Below, one piece after another: positions 37,239-51,502 of a DNA stretch of 64,000 nt; position 1 is the stretch's first letter, and every line of letters starts with the position of its first letter. Made by a program: the position numbers and the translations under genes. This DNA comes from Chiloscyllium plagiosum (lineage: Eukaryota). The notes beneath the pieces were generated by a model, which was not told the DNA's origin, made no database searches, and saw only the letters and a program-made list of their open reading frames with translations. The DNA is taken from NCBI RefSeq assembly GCF_004010195.1, contig NC_057712.1:26533688-26597687 (forward strand). The letters are read 5' to 3'.

Positions 37239-37892
37239 GGTAATATCATTGAGCTAGTAATCGGGAGCCGAGGTTATGATATTGGGATATGGATTTAACT
37301 CCAACGGTGGCAGTTAGTAAATCGCGAATGTAAAGCTATGACAACTATCATCCATTTTTGTAAAACCCCATCCAAATCATTATTATTCTTGTCTGGTCTA
37401 CACATAACTCCTCTGAAATTGTTCAGATCAAGAATAAATAGAGCCTTGTCAATGAGGCTCACATACCTTGGGGGGTGGGAGGGTGGTGAAAAATGGTGGC
37501 TGCAAAAAAATATAAATCACTGACACAATTTTCTCTAATTTTAAACATGGAACCTTAGAGTGATAAAGAACAGGAACAAAAATCATTCAGTCTGTGCCAG
37601 ACCTTCCATCTGAAAACCTAATAGACAGTTTCATCCATCAACTCAATCATAATATTGAACACTGCTATTAAATTTTTCCATAACTTTCGCTGTTCGCAGG
37701 AGACCAACTTTCCATGGAAATCCTGAAACAGTACAATCGCAATCTCTTGAGAAGTCAAATGTTGTACCTGAGGTCCTGTCAGTAACAAGGGCTCCTGCAA
37801 AATTTGCCCTCGTATCTTGAATAACTTTGCCTAAATTGTAACTTTAGAGAGGCGTTGTGAATTTTAATCCAAAACAAAATAAATTCTGTTAG

Positions 37893-38010
37893 ACAACTCT
37901 AGCAATGTGGTTCTCCCACAATATTCCTCTGAAGTACCAGCCTAGGTTATGTAGCAATTAAACACAAAACTTTCTTACAAAGGTTGAGGTGCTATCATTG
38001 AGCCAAGCCA
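37893..38010 (-). mobile_element. Deu-SINE head fragment
   Basis: Minus strand GGCTTGGCTCAATGATAGCACC...CCTAGGCTGGTACTTCAG. Confidence 0.45.
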
Positions 38011-41000
38011 AGCCAACACTTTACAAGCGAAAAAGTTAGAAACATCAACAACTATTAGTTTTCAACAAGAAGTACTTTTCAGTGTTTTTAACTGCTAACT
38101 CAGCTTATTCATATAATCATGAGAACTATAGTATTGACCTCACAGGCAATGTCAGGGGACAGCAACTAGCTATGTTACAAAGTTCATCCCCCTCATTAAA
38201 TGACAAATAAGATTATTTGTAGAGGAACAATCTACAAATGGTCAGCTAGTTTAAGCTAAGAATAATGGTGATATGAAACTCTCCATCCTCCAAAACAAAC
38301 AGTACTTTATTTCCTATTTTATTCAGAAATCACTGTTGTTTTGTTTTAATCAGCCCACATTTCATGACAGAATTGATATTAAAATACATGTGAAACTAGA
38401 CAATGAAACAGCCCCCACTTTCTGATAACATATTTTCCATGAGGAATCCTTCAATAGACTCACTATGTTTTTCATGAAGAATACTATTTAAGACAGACTG
38501 GCTTCATGTTTTACCTCACTGTAGAATGGGGACAGAGTATTGTATTCTTTGTTTCATAGCTTCCTCTAGACAGTCTCAACTTGTCATATCTTAAGGGCTT
38601 TATCTTCTTTTGTTATAATTTTCTTAAAAGGAACTGACTTACAAAAACTGCTGTGCTGCATATCAACTGTTAACATTTAGACAGTTTTGATATTTCAAGG
38701 CCTGAGGATAGAGAATAACATTTGGACAGCTAGAAACTTTTTTTTAAACAGTCATCCCCTCACAACCTCATCAAGAGAAGTTACTCAATTTAAATAAATG
38801 TCAACTTATCTCTTAAAATGATCACAAATGTCAATATAATGTTAAGTGGATTTGAAAGATATAATTAAAAGCTGATGAGATATAAATTAACCAACAATGT
38901 CTTTTAATTTAGACTAACTGCCATGCAGTAAGAAATGACTTCACTGAAACAATTATAAAAAATAATCACAGTCTCCTAATCCAGTAGCAAGGATTGTACA
39001 GAGATGTGATGCTAGTCCTGAGGCAGAAGGGAGAGAAATGTTCTGTATGAGTCTTAATACATCAACAGCTTCTGTCATCCCAAAATAACTAATTTCATGC
39101 TAATGTCACCAAGTGGTTGATTATAACTTTTCATCATAAAGACAATATACTTCTCCTCCTGTTTTTTTTTAAAGTAATGAAATAATGTATGTAAAACAGA
39201 TTGAAGAGTGAAGTTCTTTCCATAGATAGGGAAGATTGGGTGGTGGGGGAATTGGAGTTGTGGAATAAAGGCCCCAGATCAGGAAATGTAGTAACTTATT
39301 TCTGTGATTTTCTTCTTGTTTTATTCTTATTCAATCACTTTTACCATAAGACATACTGAAGTACTTTGTCACTCTCCCGACTGCAGCTATATGTAAAGAC
39401 TGCATATAAAGACAGCATTGTAATCCCTAGGTGCTCTGCAGAAAACTAAAACAGACATGCTACATGCATTCACATAAGCCTTTCCTAGATCACACCCAAC
39501 ACTCGCTTTTATTCCTCACAATAAACAGCCCAGATCCTTCCACCACAGGGGATTTAATGAATTAGGCAGTGTGTTGAGTAGGATATAAATTCAAGTAAAC
39601 AGTAGTTGACCATTGGTGGCAAAGGAACAGGAGGAACTAGCTGCTGTGTGAGCCAGTTTGTATTCCTGTATTTAAAATAAAATTGCCTTAGGAATCAACA
39701 TTTGGTTAAGGTACTGGTGCCATACCTAAAGTGGACTGCAAATGGAAGTGAAAATTGAGGCATCCATTATCCACACGTGCAGAGCTTTGTGCGATAATTG
39801 TGCAACATTGTAGTCTACCATTGAGTATGCATTAACTAGACAGTAGTCTGGAGTGAACTTCTCTGTCCCAATTATCTATCACTTTTATCACCTTTAAGGG
39901 CAGTTGAATGTTTGGGCTATTATTGTAGTCCCAGACAGAAATAGCCAGTTTCATCAGGTTTGAAAGTCATCAAGAGCAATCATTTTGAAAGACATTATGG
40001 ATCTCATTGCTGTCATCGGATCTGAGGTCATGGCATTGAGAGGCCAAGGAGTTGGAGTGTGTTGTATCAGAGGCATGTCTCAAGCGGATACAGACAATGG
40101 TACTGTCTCTCAAAATGGAAATATTCCCAACCCTTATCAAACTCTGCAATTCTGCCAGGATACATACATGGCCAGGTCAACCATGGAGCTGATGAGATGA
40201 CAGATTCTGTTGCTAGTCATCTTCAGGGCCTAGTTGTATTGTGGCTTTAATGTAACCTAATATCCCTCACTCCTCTACTAGCAGTGTGATTGAGTGTTGT
40301 ATTTAGATGTAAAATCTGTTTTTTTAAAATTTCCAACATCCATAATATATTGCTTTTGAACAACTTTTATAATTTACTGTCACGGCTCTTACAGGAATTC
40401 TTGATGAAGTTCTGGTCTTCATTCCAATGCACATTCCATTTGTATTCTTTACCATAATATTCACCTACTTTACTTTGTGCTTCTTTTCTCTTTCTTGATC
40501 AAGTATCTACTACAGATGCTACCTGACATGTTAAAAGTTTCCATCATTTTTTGTTTTTAATGCCGTGACATTTTAATATAAGCACATATAGGGTGAATTG
40601 GGTCACACACTGAACAAAGCAGAAGTGGGAATTTAATTCATCAGTCAGCAAGGTCTATGAAAATCTTGACCTGCAATGCCATTGGAATTCTGGAGTGTTG
40701 AATTTATGTTTCAACATATACAACAAAACTGCATTTCTGCCATTGACAGTGGTTTATTGTGGTAGCTTTATGCTAACACTGCTATTCGCATAAGCACACT
40801 AAATCACCTCATATCTGTGATGTTATGTATCTTCAAACTTGCTTCCTTTTTACTAGACTGTCACCATTCTTGGTCTCCAATGTCTTTAGTTTGTTTTTAT
40901 CCCAGAGTAAGATTCTCTCACCTCCTTCAGTACTATAACATGCTTTGTTCACATTTTATATTGACAGAGTACTGAATATAGCTCTCTAGTAAAGTGTCTA

Positions 41001-41899
41001 AGTCCTCTTCCTTAAATATTTCCCTTTGGTTTATTCTGCTGATGCCACAATAATGTCGTCATCATTTGCATATTCTGTTATACTACGCACAACTCTGACT
41101 CAGGTAAAAAGTGCCAACACGCATGTGACCTGAGATAGTTACTTCAGAATTCAACCTTGGGAAAATATGCTTAATCTATAAATCTTTACACATGAATTAG
41201 TGCGTCATTTGTGACTAATTTCATCTTCTATTGGAAATCTCTGGCTTTCATATTATCAAAGAGACTTTTTCAATTAATAATCCAAGTTTTAGGTTTAGTG
41301 TTCAATCTAACACAATTAGCTGCTACAAATGTGACAGACTTCAATGTTAATTGGATACCCCCTTTATTCATTTGAAATGAAATCAGTGCACAATTCGTCA
41401 TTTTGTCTGGTAAGATAACTCTCAGTTAAGCTTATTATAAAGGTCTGTTAAAGGCTATATCTTACTTATGCTGAAGATTAGTTCACAAATGTAGATGCTC
41501 TTTGATAAAAGGACTTGGTTTTACTTTTCAAATAGAAGGTTAATGCATTTTATAGAAGATTCCCATAAGCAAAATAAATTATCCTCGAATTGTCATTTTT
41601 TAATTTATCTGCCAAGTACTGCAACAATGTGACAATATAAAGAAGTTATGCCCCTGTGGAGTTTCTCCCCTACCCATTTCCTCCCTCTCCTTAGCAACTG
41701 CAAAACATGAAACTGACTTTTAAGTATAGATTCATTTGCTCTTTTTATTTTATGAATCATGCAACTGATTTAACAACTGACTCTCTATAAATTTCTCTTT
41801 GTCAGTTAGGGCTAGCAAACTGAGTACCAAGTCAGGAGTATTGAAAACTGTGTTACTTTGAACCAAATTCAGACATGTCGCAGCTAATGAGTGGATATT

Positions 41900-42065
41900 T
41901 GTATATGATCTAGTCATTGTCATGTTGGTGTTTCTGGAGCCTTGCTGGCAGAAATTGGCTGCTGGGGTTAGAACAGGGACGACACTTTAAAAAATAACTT
42001 CATTGGCTATAAAGAGTATTGAGGTGTCTTGAGGTAAAGATAGGCACCATAAAAGTGGAGAATAT
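41900..42065 (+). mobile_element. Deu-SINE 3' part
   Basis: CTTGCTGGCAGAAATTGGCTGC...ACTTCATTGGCTATAAAG...GTCTTGAGG tail. Confidence 0.6.
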
Positions 42066-42759
42066 TTGTATTTTAAATCAATTAACAATTTATGTCGACA
42101 ATTTATATTTTAAATTTTTACATCGTCCGATGTGACACAAGTAGCTTATCAAATGTGGGTCATTTATTTCTTCAAATGTTTTAAGTTTCAATAAGTTCAC
42201 CCTAACTTTTCCCAATCTGCCATAAGATTCCCATATTTTAAAAAATGCTCTGTATAATACTGAACTGTGCCGAACAGGAATGCCTTGAGTTCAGTCCCTG
42301 AGTTTTATTGAGATAACTGACATTAATTGAGGTGACAGTAGGGTATTGACAATTGATTTTGCATCTCTGGTTGATGGGAATCTGATTCCTGAACCGTATT
42401 CCGGTGCCCCCAGTGAGAGACAGTGAAAGCAGCATAAGAATTAGTTGGGGATCACTTGTTAAATTATTTGTTCACACTCAGCATACCAGTTTTCTCCTAA
42501 AGTATGGTGATCTCCCCGAGCTCTCTGGTCTGAGAACTCTGTGGGCAGCCTGATTTTATGATTGCAAAAGAGGAGAGGAGAAAATTGAAGAAACTAAAAT
42601 AACTGAAGTTTTGGCATCACTGTTACGCATCCCTTCCAGTAGTAATTTGTAACACAACTGATACAAACTGGTATCAACACAAGCAGATCAACATATTTAT
42701 ATAGTTTCCAATTTAACAAGGGAAATTTTCCTGTATGTAAAGTCTTGGAATTCAACTGG

Positions 42760-43008
42760 TCTAGAAGGATAAGGGCGGCAGATACATAGGAACATCATCG
42801 CCTGTAAGTTCCTTTCCAAGTCACTCACCATCCTGACTTGGAAATATATCACCGTTCCTTCACTGTTGCTGGATCAAAATCCTGGAAATCCCACCCTAAC
42901 AGTATTGTGAGTCCACCTGCATTACATGGATTGCAGTGATTCAAGAAAGCAACTAGGAATCACTGGTCCAGCCAGTGATAACCACATCCCATGAATGAAT
43001 AAAAACAT
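42760..43008 (+). mobile_element. LINE 3' end (family of 11670-14670)
   Basis: CACTCACCATCCTGACTTGGAAATATATCACCGTTCCTTCACTG...CCACATCCCATGAATGAATAAAAA. Confidence 0.85.
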
Positions 43009-44689
43009 TAAAATGGCCAGCTGTCTTTGGGCTCTCTTAGAATTGAACTATGGCTCACCTCCAATCCTATCCCCAGGAAAATGGGCAGGGCTGGGTTCAG
43101 CATGGGACTTGAAGTTCCCAACTTCTTGGAGACACTTTCCATTACTGTGAAAATCAGGGTGTTTATCTCATCATAACTCACTCATGTATAACTTTCATGA
43201 GTTACATAGCATTTTACTTTTGTAAGTTAAATTCATATGGATCTTCATGCAATGACCAGTTTTGATTCATTTAATATTGAATTATTCTAAAGGTAAAGGT
43301 GAACATTACTTTAATTCATGTCACTAACTTAGAGTGACTCCATTATCAACTCCATTAATCTGTTTTCCTTCCTGGTTGATCCCTTGAAGTTTAATGCGAA
43401 TCTAATCACAAGGCCCAGCTGGAGAACTTGATTGCACACTGTCTCATTATCCAATAGATTGTGCTTCTGAGTTGAAAAGCATTTAGCAAGTTCACATTGA
43501 CGGCTGAAATGTGAGCCAACGGCTAACAGACTGCAGCCTGAAGGTCACCAAGAGGTGGCAGAAGTTATGACAAATGTTCTGGTGTCGGTCGTAAGCCTTT
43601 CAAACTCATTTATTGATGTTCTGGGCATCTTGTTACATTATCAAGTAATGTTAAACTTAGAGCTACCAAGCAAACAAGGAAATATAAACTGTTAATATCT
43701 ATCATGGGCAGAAGGCTTTGCTTATCACTTCAAGGCAGTCGATCCTGCTTTTACAGTATGTAAGTATACTTAGGTGATATTGTTAAAAATCAAAACAAGG
43801 ATGAGCAATATATCAAGAGTCACTGTTTGTAGTTTGACCTTAAGTGGAATATGTTCAACTACAGACATTGAATGGCATCTTGACAAGAAGAATATCAGAT
43901 CTTGTCAGCTGGTTAGAGAGCTGGTGGGAGAACTAACTCCGTAAGACAAGGTTCGCTAATGGATCAGGCTTTGGTGAGGCCATCAGCAAGTCTTCACCTG
44001 AAATTGTGATACCCAGACAGAAGCCCTGCCCAGTGGCAGGGCAGGAAGATCAACCACGAGCCTTCCCATCTCGGACTTAATTCTGGTGGAGGCAAGAAAG
44101 CAGGGAGGTGTGGGTATATCATCAAATGAAATGCCGACTTTGCCAAGAAATTGCACAACTCTGGGAGCAAAAAGATTGTGTCTCTGTGTGATTTTTTTAA
44201 TCATATGTTTCAACGTTGTATGTTCCATTGTAAAAATCAAAGAATTGGAAGTAGATTTTGACTTTTTTGAATAATGCCAAATGAGTAATATCGAATTGCC
44301 ACCTTGCTCTACATCATTTTTAACTTCAGTGTTAGACTACCACACAAAGTCGACATTGTTCCCCAAGTAGTCTTCCCAGCCTAAAAAGTAGGAATCATGT
44401 AAAAATAGAATATGGTACCAAAAGGTCAAGGGTGCCATTTTCCTTGCAATAACTTTTGTAGTTCATTTCCATGGCAGGTTCTTCCATAGGAAGGAGAACA
44501 CATTGCTTGTAGTTGTTTAAATTAATTTCAGTGTGGCGTTATACATGAAGGGAGAGATTTCAGAGCAATGCTCATTCATCATGCTTGTTTATGCTGACAC
44601 AGTGCTTAGTGTGATGTCTGTAAAGTTATCTTTTCTGGATTACAAGAATATTAGGTTACTCTGCTTTCTGTGGAAAGGCAGTGTGAAAA

Positions 44690-45205
44690 AATGGACCTGT
44701 ACCCTCTGGAGTTTAGAGGAGTCAGAGGTGACTTAATTGAAACATATAAAATCCTAAGAGGTCTCGAACAGATGTACATGGAAAAGAATGTGGGAGAATC
44801 TAGAACAAGGGGTGATAGGTTAAAAATAAGGAGTCACTCATTTGAGACCAAGTTGAGGGAAAATAATTCTTTCAGAGGATTGACTTTCTTTGGAATTCCT
44901 TTCCTCAAAATACAGGGCAAACAGAATATTTAAATATTTTTAAGGCAAAAGTAGGTAGATTCTTAAATAAATGAAAACAAAATCTGATAGAGAAACTCAG
45001 CAAGTCTGGCAGCATCTGTGGAGAGAAAAAAGAAGTTATGTTTTGAGTCCAGTGACCTTCTTTAGAAGATTCTTGATTGCCAAGGGAATGAATGATATCA
45101 TGGAAAAGCAGGAGTTGAGGTTAGAATTAGGTTGGCCATGATCTTATTAAATGGTGAAGCAGGCTTGCAAGTGCCAAGTGGCCTACTCTTGTTCCTTGGT
45201 TATAT
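44690..45205 (+). mobile_element. CR1 LINE 3' end with a Penelope fragment inserted at 44965-45066
   Basis: LYPLEFRGVRGDLIETYKILRG...SRTRG. The insert is flanked by an 8-bp TSD AGATTCTT (44957-44964, 45067-45074). Confidence 0.85.
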
Positions 45206-46499
45206 GCTGAAATGATTAGAGGGAGGACTATAATTTGACCAGTGTGTATGGGTCCTTCTATTTGAACTCCATACCTCTAAGATCTCTAACTTTGATAATA
45301 TTTTTAGTTTCATCATAGCTTTTAAGAACAAATTTCACTATTTTCCCATTGTTTCTACTAAAGTTAATGCTGACATTAATCATAATTCAGGCTGCCATGG
45401 TAAAATGAATCAACATTATCTCTTGTTAATAGATTGACAATTCTTAACTCTAATTATGTCTCGTACATATTTATCCAATCAGTTTTAAATTCATAAATAA
45501 AGAAGCACATGCAAAGTTTTCCCAAATGAAAAGTTTCATGTTGGCAGAATTTCTAAATTTTTATCCAAAGTTTTCATGAATTAATTGGTAATAATTGCTC
45601 TTTCTTACAGCAACACTAACAAACAAAACCTTTTATCATCAAACAATGACAGATTTTAGACAAAACATTTAAATGACAGCCCCCTTCTTAAACAGGAAAA
45701 GAAACTGTACTGCGACAAAAACAAACTAATGGAACATAAAAAAATTCAAATTAAAATTGATCTTCCTGGGGATATTGAAGCATTCCAGTCCCAGTAGCAC
45801 CCAACAGTAGGATTTCTAGCATCCGCATTTGTTCATGTTTTTCACAAACATTCCACATTCCACATTCCACACACTTTATCAAATTATTGGAGTAGAGATG
45901 CATACAAAAAGCATATCATCAATCCGTGCACCATTAATAAAGGCATTCTACTTGTCCAAACCTTAAATCAGGTTAACAACCTACACAATCAGCAGCAGAA
46001 CAAAAAAACACTTGCCCTGAAATATGGGTCTGAATTGGACAAGATGGTGGACTCTCCACTCCAGTAAGGAAATCCAGTCAATGGCCCTAAAGAAAACTGG
46101 CCCACTCTTGCCATAATAGCAGCTAGCAAACTAAGCAGGCTGAGAATGGGAATTCAAACCCTCAGCCAGAACAAGTATTGCCCAAATGCCAGCAGCTGTA
46201 GTTGTCTGAGCAGCACCAGAACACTTTGGTGTGTTTGTGTGAAGGCTTAGGAAGAGCCTCAATGGATCCTGGAACCAGGTAAGTCTCGTGTTTCAGGGAG
46301 GGAGGGATCAGGCAGCCTATGGAGAGTAGTGAAGTGTGTGGAGGGCTTATACACCTCGTGTGGATAAGAACAAAGTAGGGTAATATCTTGAGTGTTGTTC
46401 ACAGTGTGCATGCTCTTTTCCTCACCATGTATTTACAATGTGATGTGAAAGGGGTAATATTCCAGCTTAGTAACAAGTACAATTGATTGTTATAAATTG

Positions 46500-48930
46500 T
46501 GAAAAGTTGAGAACCCAGCACTGACCCTGTGACACACTTCTTGTTCCATTTTATCAACCAGAAAAAGGCCCATTTATGATTGCTCAGTTTGGTAAGCCAA
46601 ACTTCATTCCATGCCTATGGATTACCCCCTATACCATGAGCATATGTTTTCTGCAATAACCTTTGATGTTATACATTACTCCAAGTACAGTACATCACAG
46701 GATCACAGAAGTGTTTCAACACACAAAGAGGCCATTTGCCCCCCCACCACCACTCTACCCCCACCCCCCAGAGTTTGCATCACCGCTCCAAATGAGTATT
46801 ATGACTTAAAGTCTTTCTTCTGTCTTTTTCCCAACCCATTGCACTTTTTTCAGTTTGAAACAATGTGCCAATACCCAGTTGGATGTCTCTCTTGAACTTC
46901 CTTCAACCATGCTTTTAGCAAGTGCATTCCAGAGCTGAACCACTTGTGAAAAAAACTTCTCATATCACCTTTCCTTGTCTTTCTAAGCACTTTAAATCTA
47001 TGCCCTTTCATTATTCATTCTTGTATGAGTGAAAACAGTTTCACCCTATCTATTCTGTCCATCCCCTCATAATACTGAAAACCTCTATCAGATCTCCTCT
47101 CAGCTTTCTTCTATCCAAGGCAAAAGGTACCAGTTTGCCCAATTCATCTTCATATTTGAAGTTTCTCATTCATTCTTGTAAACTGCTTCAGCACTCTCTC
47201 TAATTCATAGCTGTCCTATACTGTGGCACCTGGAACTGTATGCAATACATCAGCTAAGGTCTAACAAGTCGTAGAGTCATAGAGATGCACAGCACGGAAA
47301 CAGACCCTTCGGTCCAATTTGTGCATGCCGACCAGATATCCCAACCCAATCTAGTCCCACCTGCTCGTATTCGGCCCACATCCCCACAAACACTTCCTAT
47401 TCATATACCCATCCAGATACCTTGAAAATGTTGCAATTGTACTAGCCTCCACCACTTCCTCTGGCAGCTCATTCCATAGACGTACCACCCACTGCGTGAA
47501 AAAGTTGCCCCTCAGGTCTCTTTTATATCTTTCCCCTCTCACGCTAAACTATGCCGTCTAGTTCCGGACTCCCCCACCCAAGGGAAAAGACTTTGTCTAT
47601 TTATCCTATCCATACCTCTCATGATTTTGTAAACCTCTGTAAGGTCACCCCTCAGCCTCAGACGCTCAAGGGAAAACAGCTCTAGCCTATTCAACCTCTC
47701 CCTATAGCAAAATCCTCCAACCCTGGCAACATCCTTGTAAATCTTTTCTGAACCCGTTCAAGTTTCACAACATCTTTCCGATAGGAAGGAGACCAGAATT
47801 GCATGCAATATTCCAACAGTGGTCTAACCAATGTCCTGTACAGCCGCAATATGACTTCCCGACTCCTGTACTCAATACTCTGACCAATAAAGGAAAGTCT
47901 GATATAAGTTCAGTATCTTCTTGCTGTTTCACTTTTCACGCCTATTAATAAAGCCAAAGATATTGTGTGCTTAATTGCCAGCTCTCTTCACCTGTCCTGC
48001 CACATTTATTGATTCATGTACATATACACCCTGGTCCCACTGTAACTACACTACATATAGAATCGTATCCCTTATTTTATATTGTCTCTCCACGTTCTTC
48101 CTACCAAAACATATCACCTCACATTTCTCTGCATTGTACCTCATATGGCACCTATCCATCTTCTTCAACATGTATATGTTGGACTTCCACACTGTCCTCC
48201 TCATGGTTTACAATGCTTCCAAGTTTCATATCATCTGCAGATTTAAATAGTTCCCTGCACACCAAGATCTAAATCATTAATATAAATCAAGAAAAGCAAG
48301 GATCCCTTTATTGCCCCCTAGGGAACTCCACTACAAAACTTCCTCCAGCCTGAAAAATATCCATTACCATTATTGTCATTTTCCTATCATTCAGCCAATT
48401 TTGTATCTATGTTGCTGCTATTCCTTTTATTCCATGAACTATAACTTTTCCCACAAATCTTTGTGTGGCACTGTATTGAAATCCCTCAGGAAATCCATAT
48501 ACACCACGTCAACAGCATTACCCTCATCAACTTTTTCTGATCCTGTTTCAAAATGCCCTTCTAAGTTAGTTAAACTTGATTTGCCCTTCAGAAATCCATG
48601 ATGGTTCTTAATATTCAAGCCACCTTTATCACGTGACCACTGACTTTTTTTTAACCAAATAATTGTCTATCGAGGTTTCACCATCACTAAATTTAAACTG
48701 ACTTGTTTGTAATTGCAGGACTTATCTTCACAACTTTTCTTGAACAAAGCCATAATGTCTACAATTCTCCAGTTTTCTGGCATTTCCCCTAATTCTAGAG
48801 AAGACTGAACAATTATGACCAGTACCCCTGTAATTTCCTTCAATATCCTTGGATACATCTCATCCTGTGTTGATGTCTTGTCAATGTTAAGTATTGATAA
48901 TCTATCTGACACTTTCTCCTTACAAATTTT
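46500..48930 (-). mobile_element. Older degenerate CR1 fragments hosting a younger CR1
   Basis: MYPRILKEI...MPENWRIVDIMALFKK...NYKQVSL (48667-48912), an FADD region near 48230, and a 3' region at 46880-47270. Confidence 0.75.
47271..47894 (-). mobile_element. CR1 (HER1-like) LINE 3' end
   Basis: Nearly identical to 20441-21065. AAGTC flanks both sides (47266-47270, 47895-47899). Confidence 0.93.
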
Positions 48931-49069
48931 GCACTCTCCATATAATAGAGTTTCTGCCTATCACCATGGTCTGGGTAAAGACAGATGTAAAATGTTCAAT
49001 TAATAGTAAAGCTGTCCTTCACCCCATTCCCTATCTCCAACATACTTCCAAGCATTAAACTTCTTTTTT

Positions 49070-49387
49070 TTAGATTAGATTACTTACAGTGTGGAAACAG
49101 GCCCTTCGGCCCAACAAGTCCACACCGACCCGCCGAAGCGCACCCACCCATACCCATTCCCCTACATTTACCCCTGCATCTAACACTACGGGCAATTTAG
49201 CGTGGCCAGTTCACCTAACCTGCACATTTTTGGGCTGTGGGAGGAAACCGGAGCACCCAGAGGAAACCCACGCAGACACAGGGAGAACGTGCAAACTCCA
49301 CACAGTCAGTCGCCTGAGGCGGGAACTGAACCCGGGTCTCTGGCGCTGTGAGGCAGCAGTGCTAACCACTGTGCCACCGTGCCGCCC
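49070..49387 (-). mobile_element. HE1-type V-SINE, full length and young
   Basis: GGGCGGCACGGTGGCACAGTGGTTAGCACTGCTGCCTCACAGCGCC head, V-domain and (TCTAA)n tail, with CpGs largely intact. Confidence 0.95.
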
Positions 49388-49574
49388 ACAATGAGCGGTT
49401 ACAATGGTTACAATGAGCCCATATTCACTGGTTCCCCTTTAGTCACAGCACATGTTACTTCCTCAAAGATTTCCAAAAAGATTCAAAAAGCTAAGTTCCA
49501 TTTTCCTTTCGCAAAATCATGTTGTTTCTACCTGATGACCTTGAGCTTTCTTAAGTGTTGTTACAAAATCTTTA

Positions 49575-49850
49575 ATAATAGGTTCTAGCATCTTCCCTAT
49601 GACAGATGTTAAGCTAACAAGTCTATAGTTTCCTGCAATCTCTTTCTATCTCTCTCTCAAATAGATGAGTTTCATTCTAAGAAATCTTCTGCAATTCTAG
49701 GGCAGTTTGGAAAATTAAAACTAATTCATCAACCTTCAAACCAGTTATTTCTTTTAACATCTAGGATGAATTCCTTCAGGATTACAGAACTCATCAGTCC
49801 ACAACTCCCACAACTCCAATTTGCTCAGTACTGCATTCCTAGTCCCAAAG
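49575..49850 (-). mobile_element. Degenerate CR1 RT fragment
   Basis: Minus strand GNYRLVSLTSVIGKMLE motif (49583-49635). Confidence 0.7.
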
Positions 49851-49869
49851 GAGACTTGACCGCTCCCAA

Positions 49870-50066
49870 GTGATACTTGACCTCTTCCAAAGTCACATCT
49901 GTTTACGTTACTCTATAAAATATGCCTTTTTGATGAAGTCTTCAGACATTTATCCTCATACCTCTTTATACGGCTCTGTGTCAACTTTTGTTTAATGGTA
50001 AGCCTGAGCATCACATTGGGACCTACTTTATCATGTTAAAGGCAGTATAAAAATGTAAGTTGTTGT
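49870..50066 (+). mobile_element. L2-type LINE 3' end
   Basis: TTGGGACCTACTTTATCATGTTAAAGGCAGTATAAAAATGTAAGTTGTTG tail. Confidence 0.55.
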
Positions 50067-50194
50067 CGTTTTGGTGACAAATATGTGCTGGTGTCACTCC
50101 ACATGAGTCACTCAGACAACTCATGACAGACCTTCAGATCAGTCAGACCTCAGCGGCAGTATTACAGACCACTCTGAATGTCACATTTCTGGAA

Positions 50195-50630
50195 AAATGT
50201 AAAGACCTTTAAAAAATTGCAGAGGAGGATTATCAGTACAGGTGAAGGACTTTAGTTATGTGGAATAGTTAGGACTGTTCTTCGAACAGAGAAGGCCAAG
50301 CAGAGTCCTAATGGAGGTTTTCAAAATGATGAGATAGAGAAAACCAATTCCCTCTTGAACTTGGTCAATAATTCATTGAGTTCATTGCTTTGAAAACATT
50401 GGCAAATGTCTAGGGAGGAGCTAAGGAGAATATTTTTTTCCCCTTAGTGAGTTGTTGAAGCCTGGAATGCTGCACCTGAAAGTTCAACAGAAGCTGATTC
50501 TGTAAATAATTTTAAATGGAATGGTCAGGTACCTGAGGGTGAGGAACCTAAACTGTTTGGACAACAAGTAGGCATGGGGGCTCAGGACACATGATGGGCC
50601 AAATGGGCTCCTTCAATGCTGTAAGTCTCT
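50195..50630 (+). mobile_element. Degenerate CR1 3' end
   Basis: LGLFFEQRR..LMEVFKMM-like sequence, GCCTGGAATGCTGCACCTGA, and tail GATGGGCCAAATGGGCTCCTTC. Confidence 0.7.
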
Positions 50631-51456
50631 CTAACTTTATTAAATTCTTTCAGAATGCCCTTTTTAATAACAGAATTATAATAAATATATTGATTTGTAA
50701 ATGTATGAATTCCATTTCTCAACTCAGCAAAAATATCTATCTCTTTATTACCATGCTGCAGTTCAGATAACATTACTGCAAAGTTTGAAAATACTATTCC
50801 GCAAGTTAAAGTCTTCAAACACAACATTATCTCATGGTGGGCAATTAACTCCAGAGAGCATTCATTTTAGAAGATCAGTAATTGAAGCTCCACTGTAAAA
50901 ATCCAGAACAAGCTCGTGAATACATTTTTTACTTTTGCACGCTTTGAAATAGGAATATTTCCTGAATGGTATTTAAACCAGATCTGGGTGCCATCAAAAC
51001 AGTATAAATAAACATTGTGCAGTGACAATGTGTGTACTAAATGAATAATCTCCCCTCTTAAACATACAGTGTTTCACAGTTGACAAAAGCTTTTGGACTA
51101 ACTATGTGTACAGGGGTGGTCTACTTGATGAAAAGTACATTTTCCTATCAATAGTGTTTATTTTAATAAGCTTACGCTGTCTTTCGGTCAAAGTAGTATT
51201 GAGACATTCCCGCAAACATGAGGCCACTGGTAATATAAGGATTTCACTGTTTTTACACTCAGACAGCTATCAAGTGGGAGATCACTTTATAATTAAAAAG
51301 GGTCAAATTATTTATATCAATTTAGCAATTTACTAATTTCACATGTAAATGTCCACACACATTTGCTTTACACCTCTCAGTCCCAGAACATATTGCTTTC
51401 TTATGTGTTGTATATAGATAAAGCCATATCATTTCTTTAATGCGTATTCTGCAGAT

Positions 51457-51502
51457 CATTGAAGCATTAGAAGCATTGAAGAATTAGAAGGATTGAAGTA
51501 TT
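51457..51502. repeat. Short tandem repeat, 17-bp period (CATTGAAG/CATTAGAAG)
   Basis: cattgaag cattagaag cattgaag aattagaag gattgaag tatt. Confidence 0.8.

Larger units (their letters stand above)
36991..37450 (+). mobile_element. tRNA-derived SINE (family of 12450), interrupted at 37023-37238
   Basis: Head GATGACATAGCGGTAATATCACT resumes as GAGCTAGTAATC..., with body TGTAAAACCCCATC and GTCTGGTCTACACATAACTCC. Confidence 0.7.
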
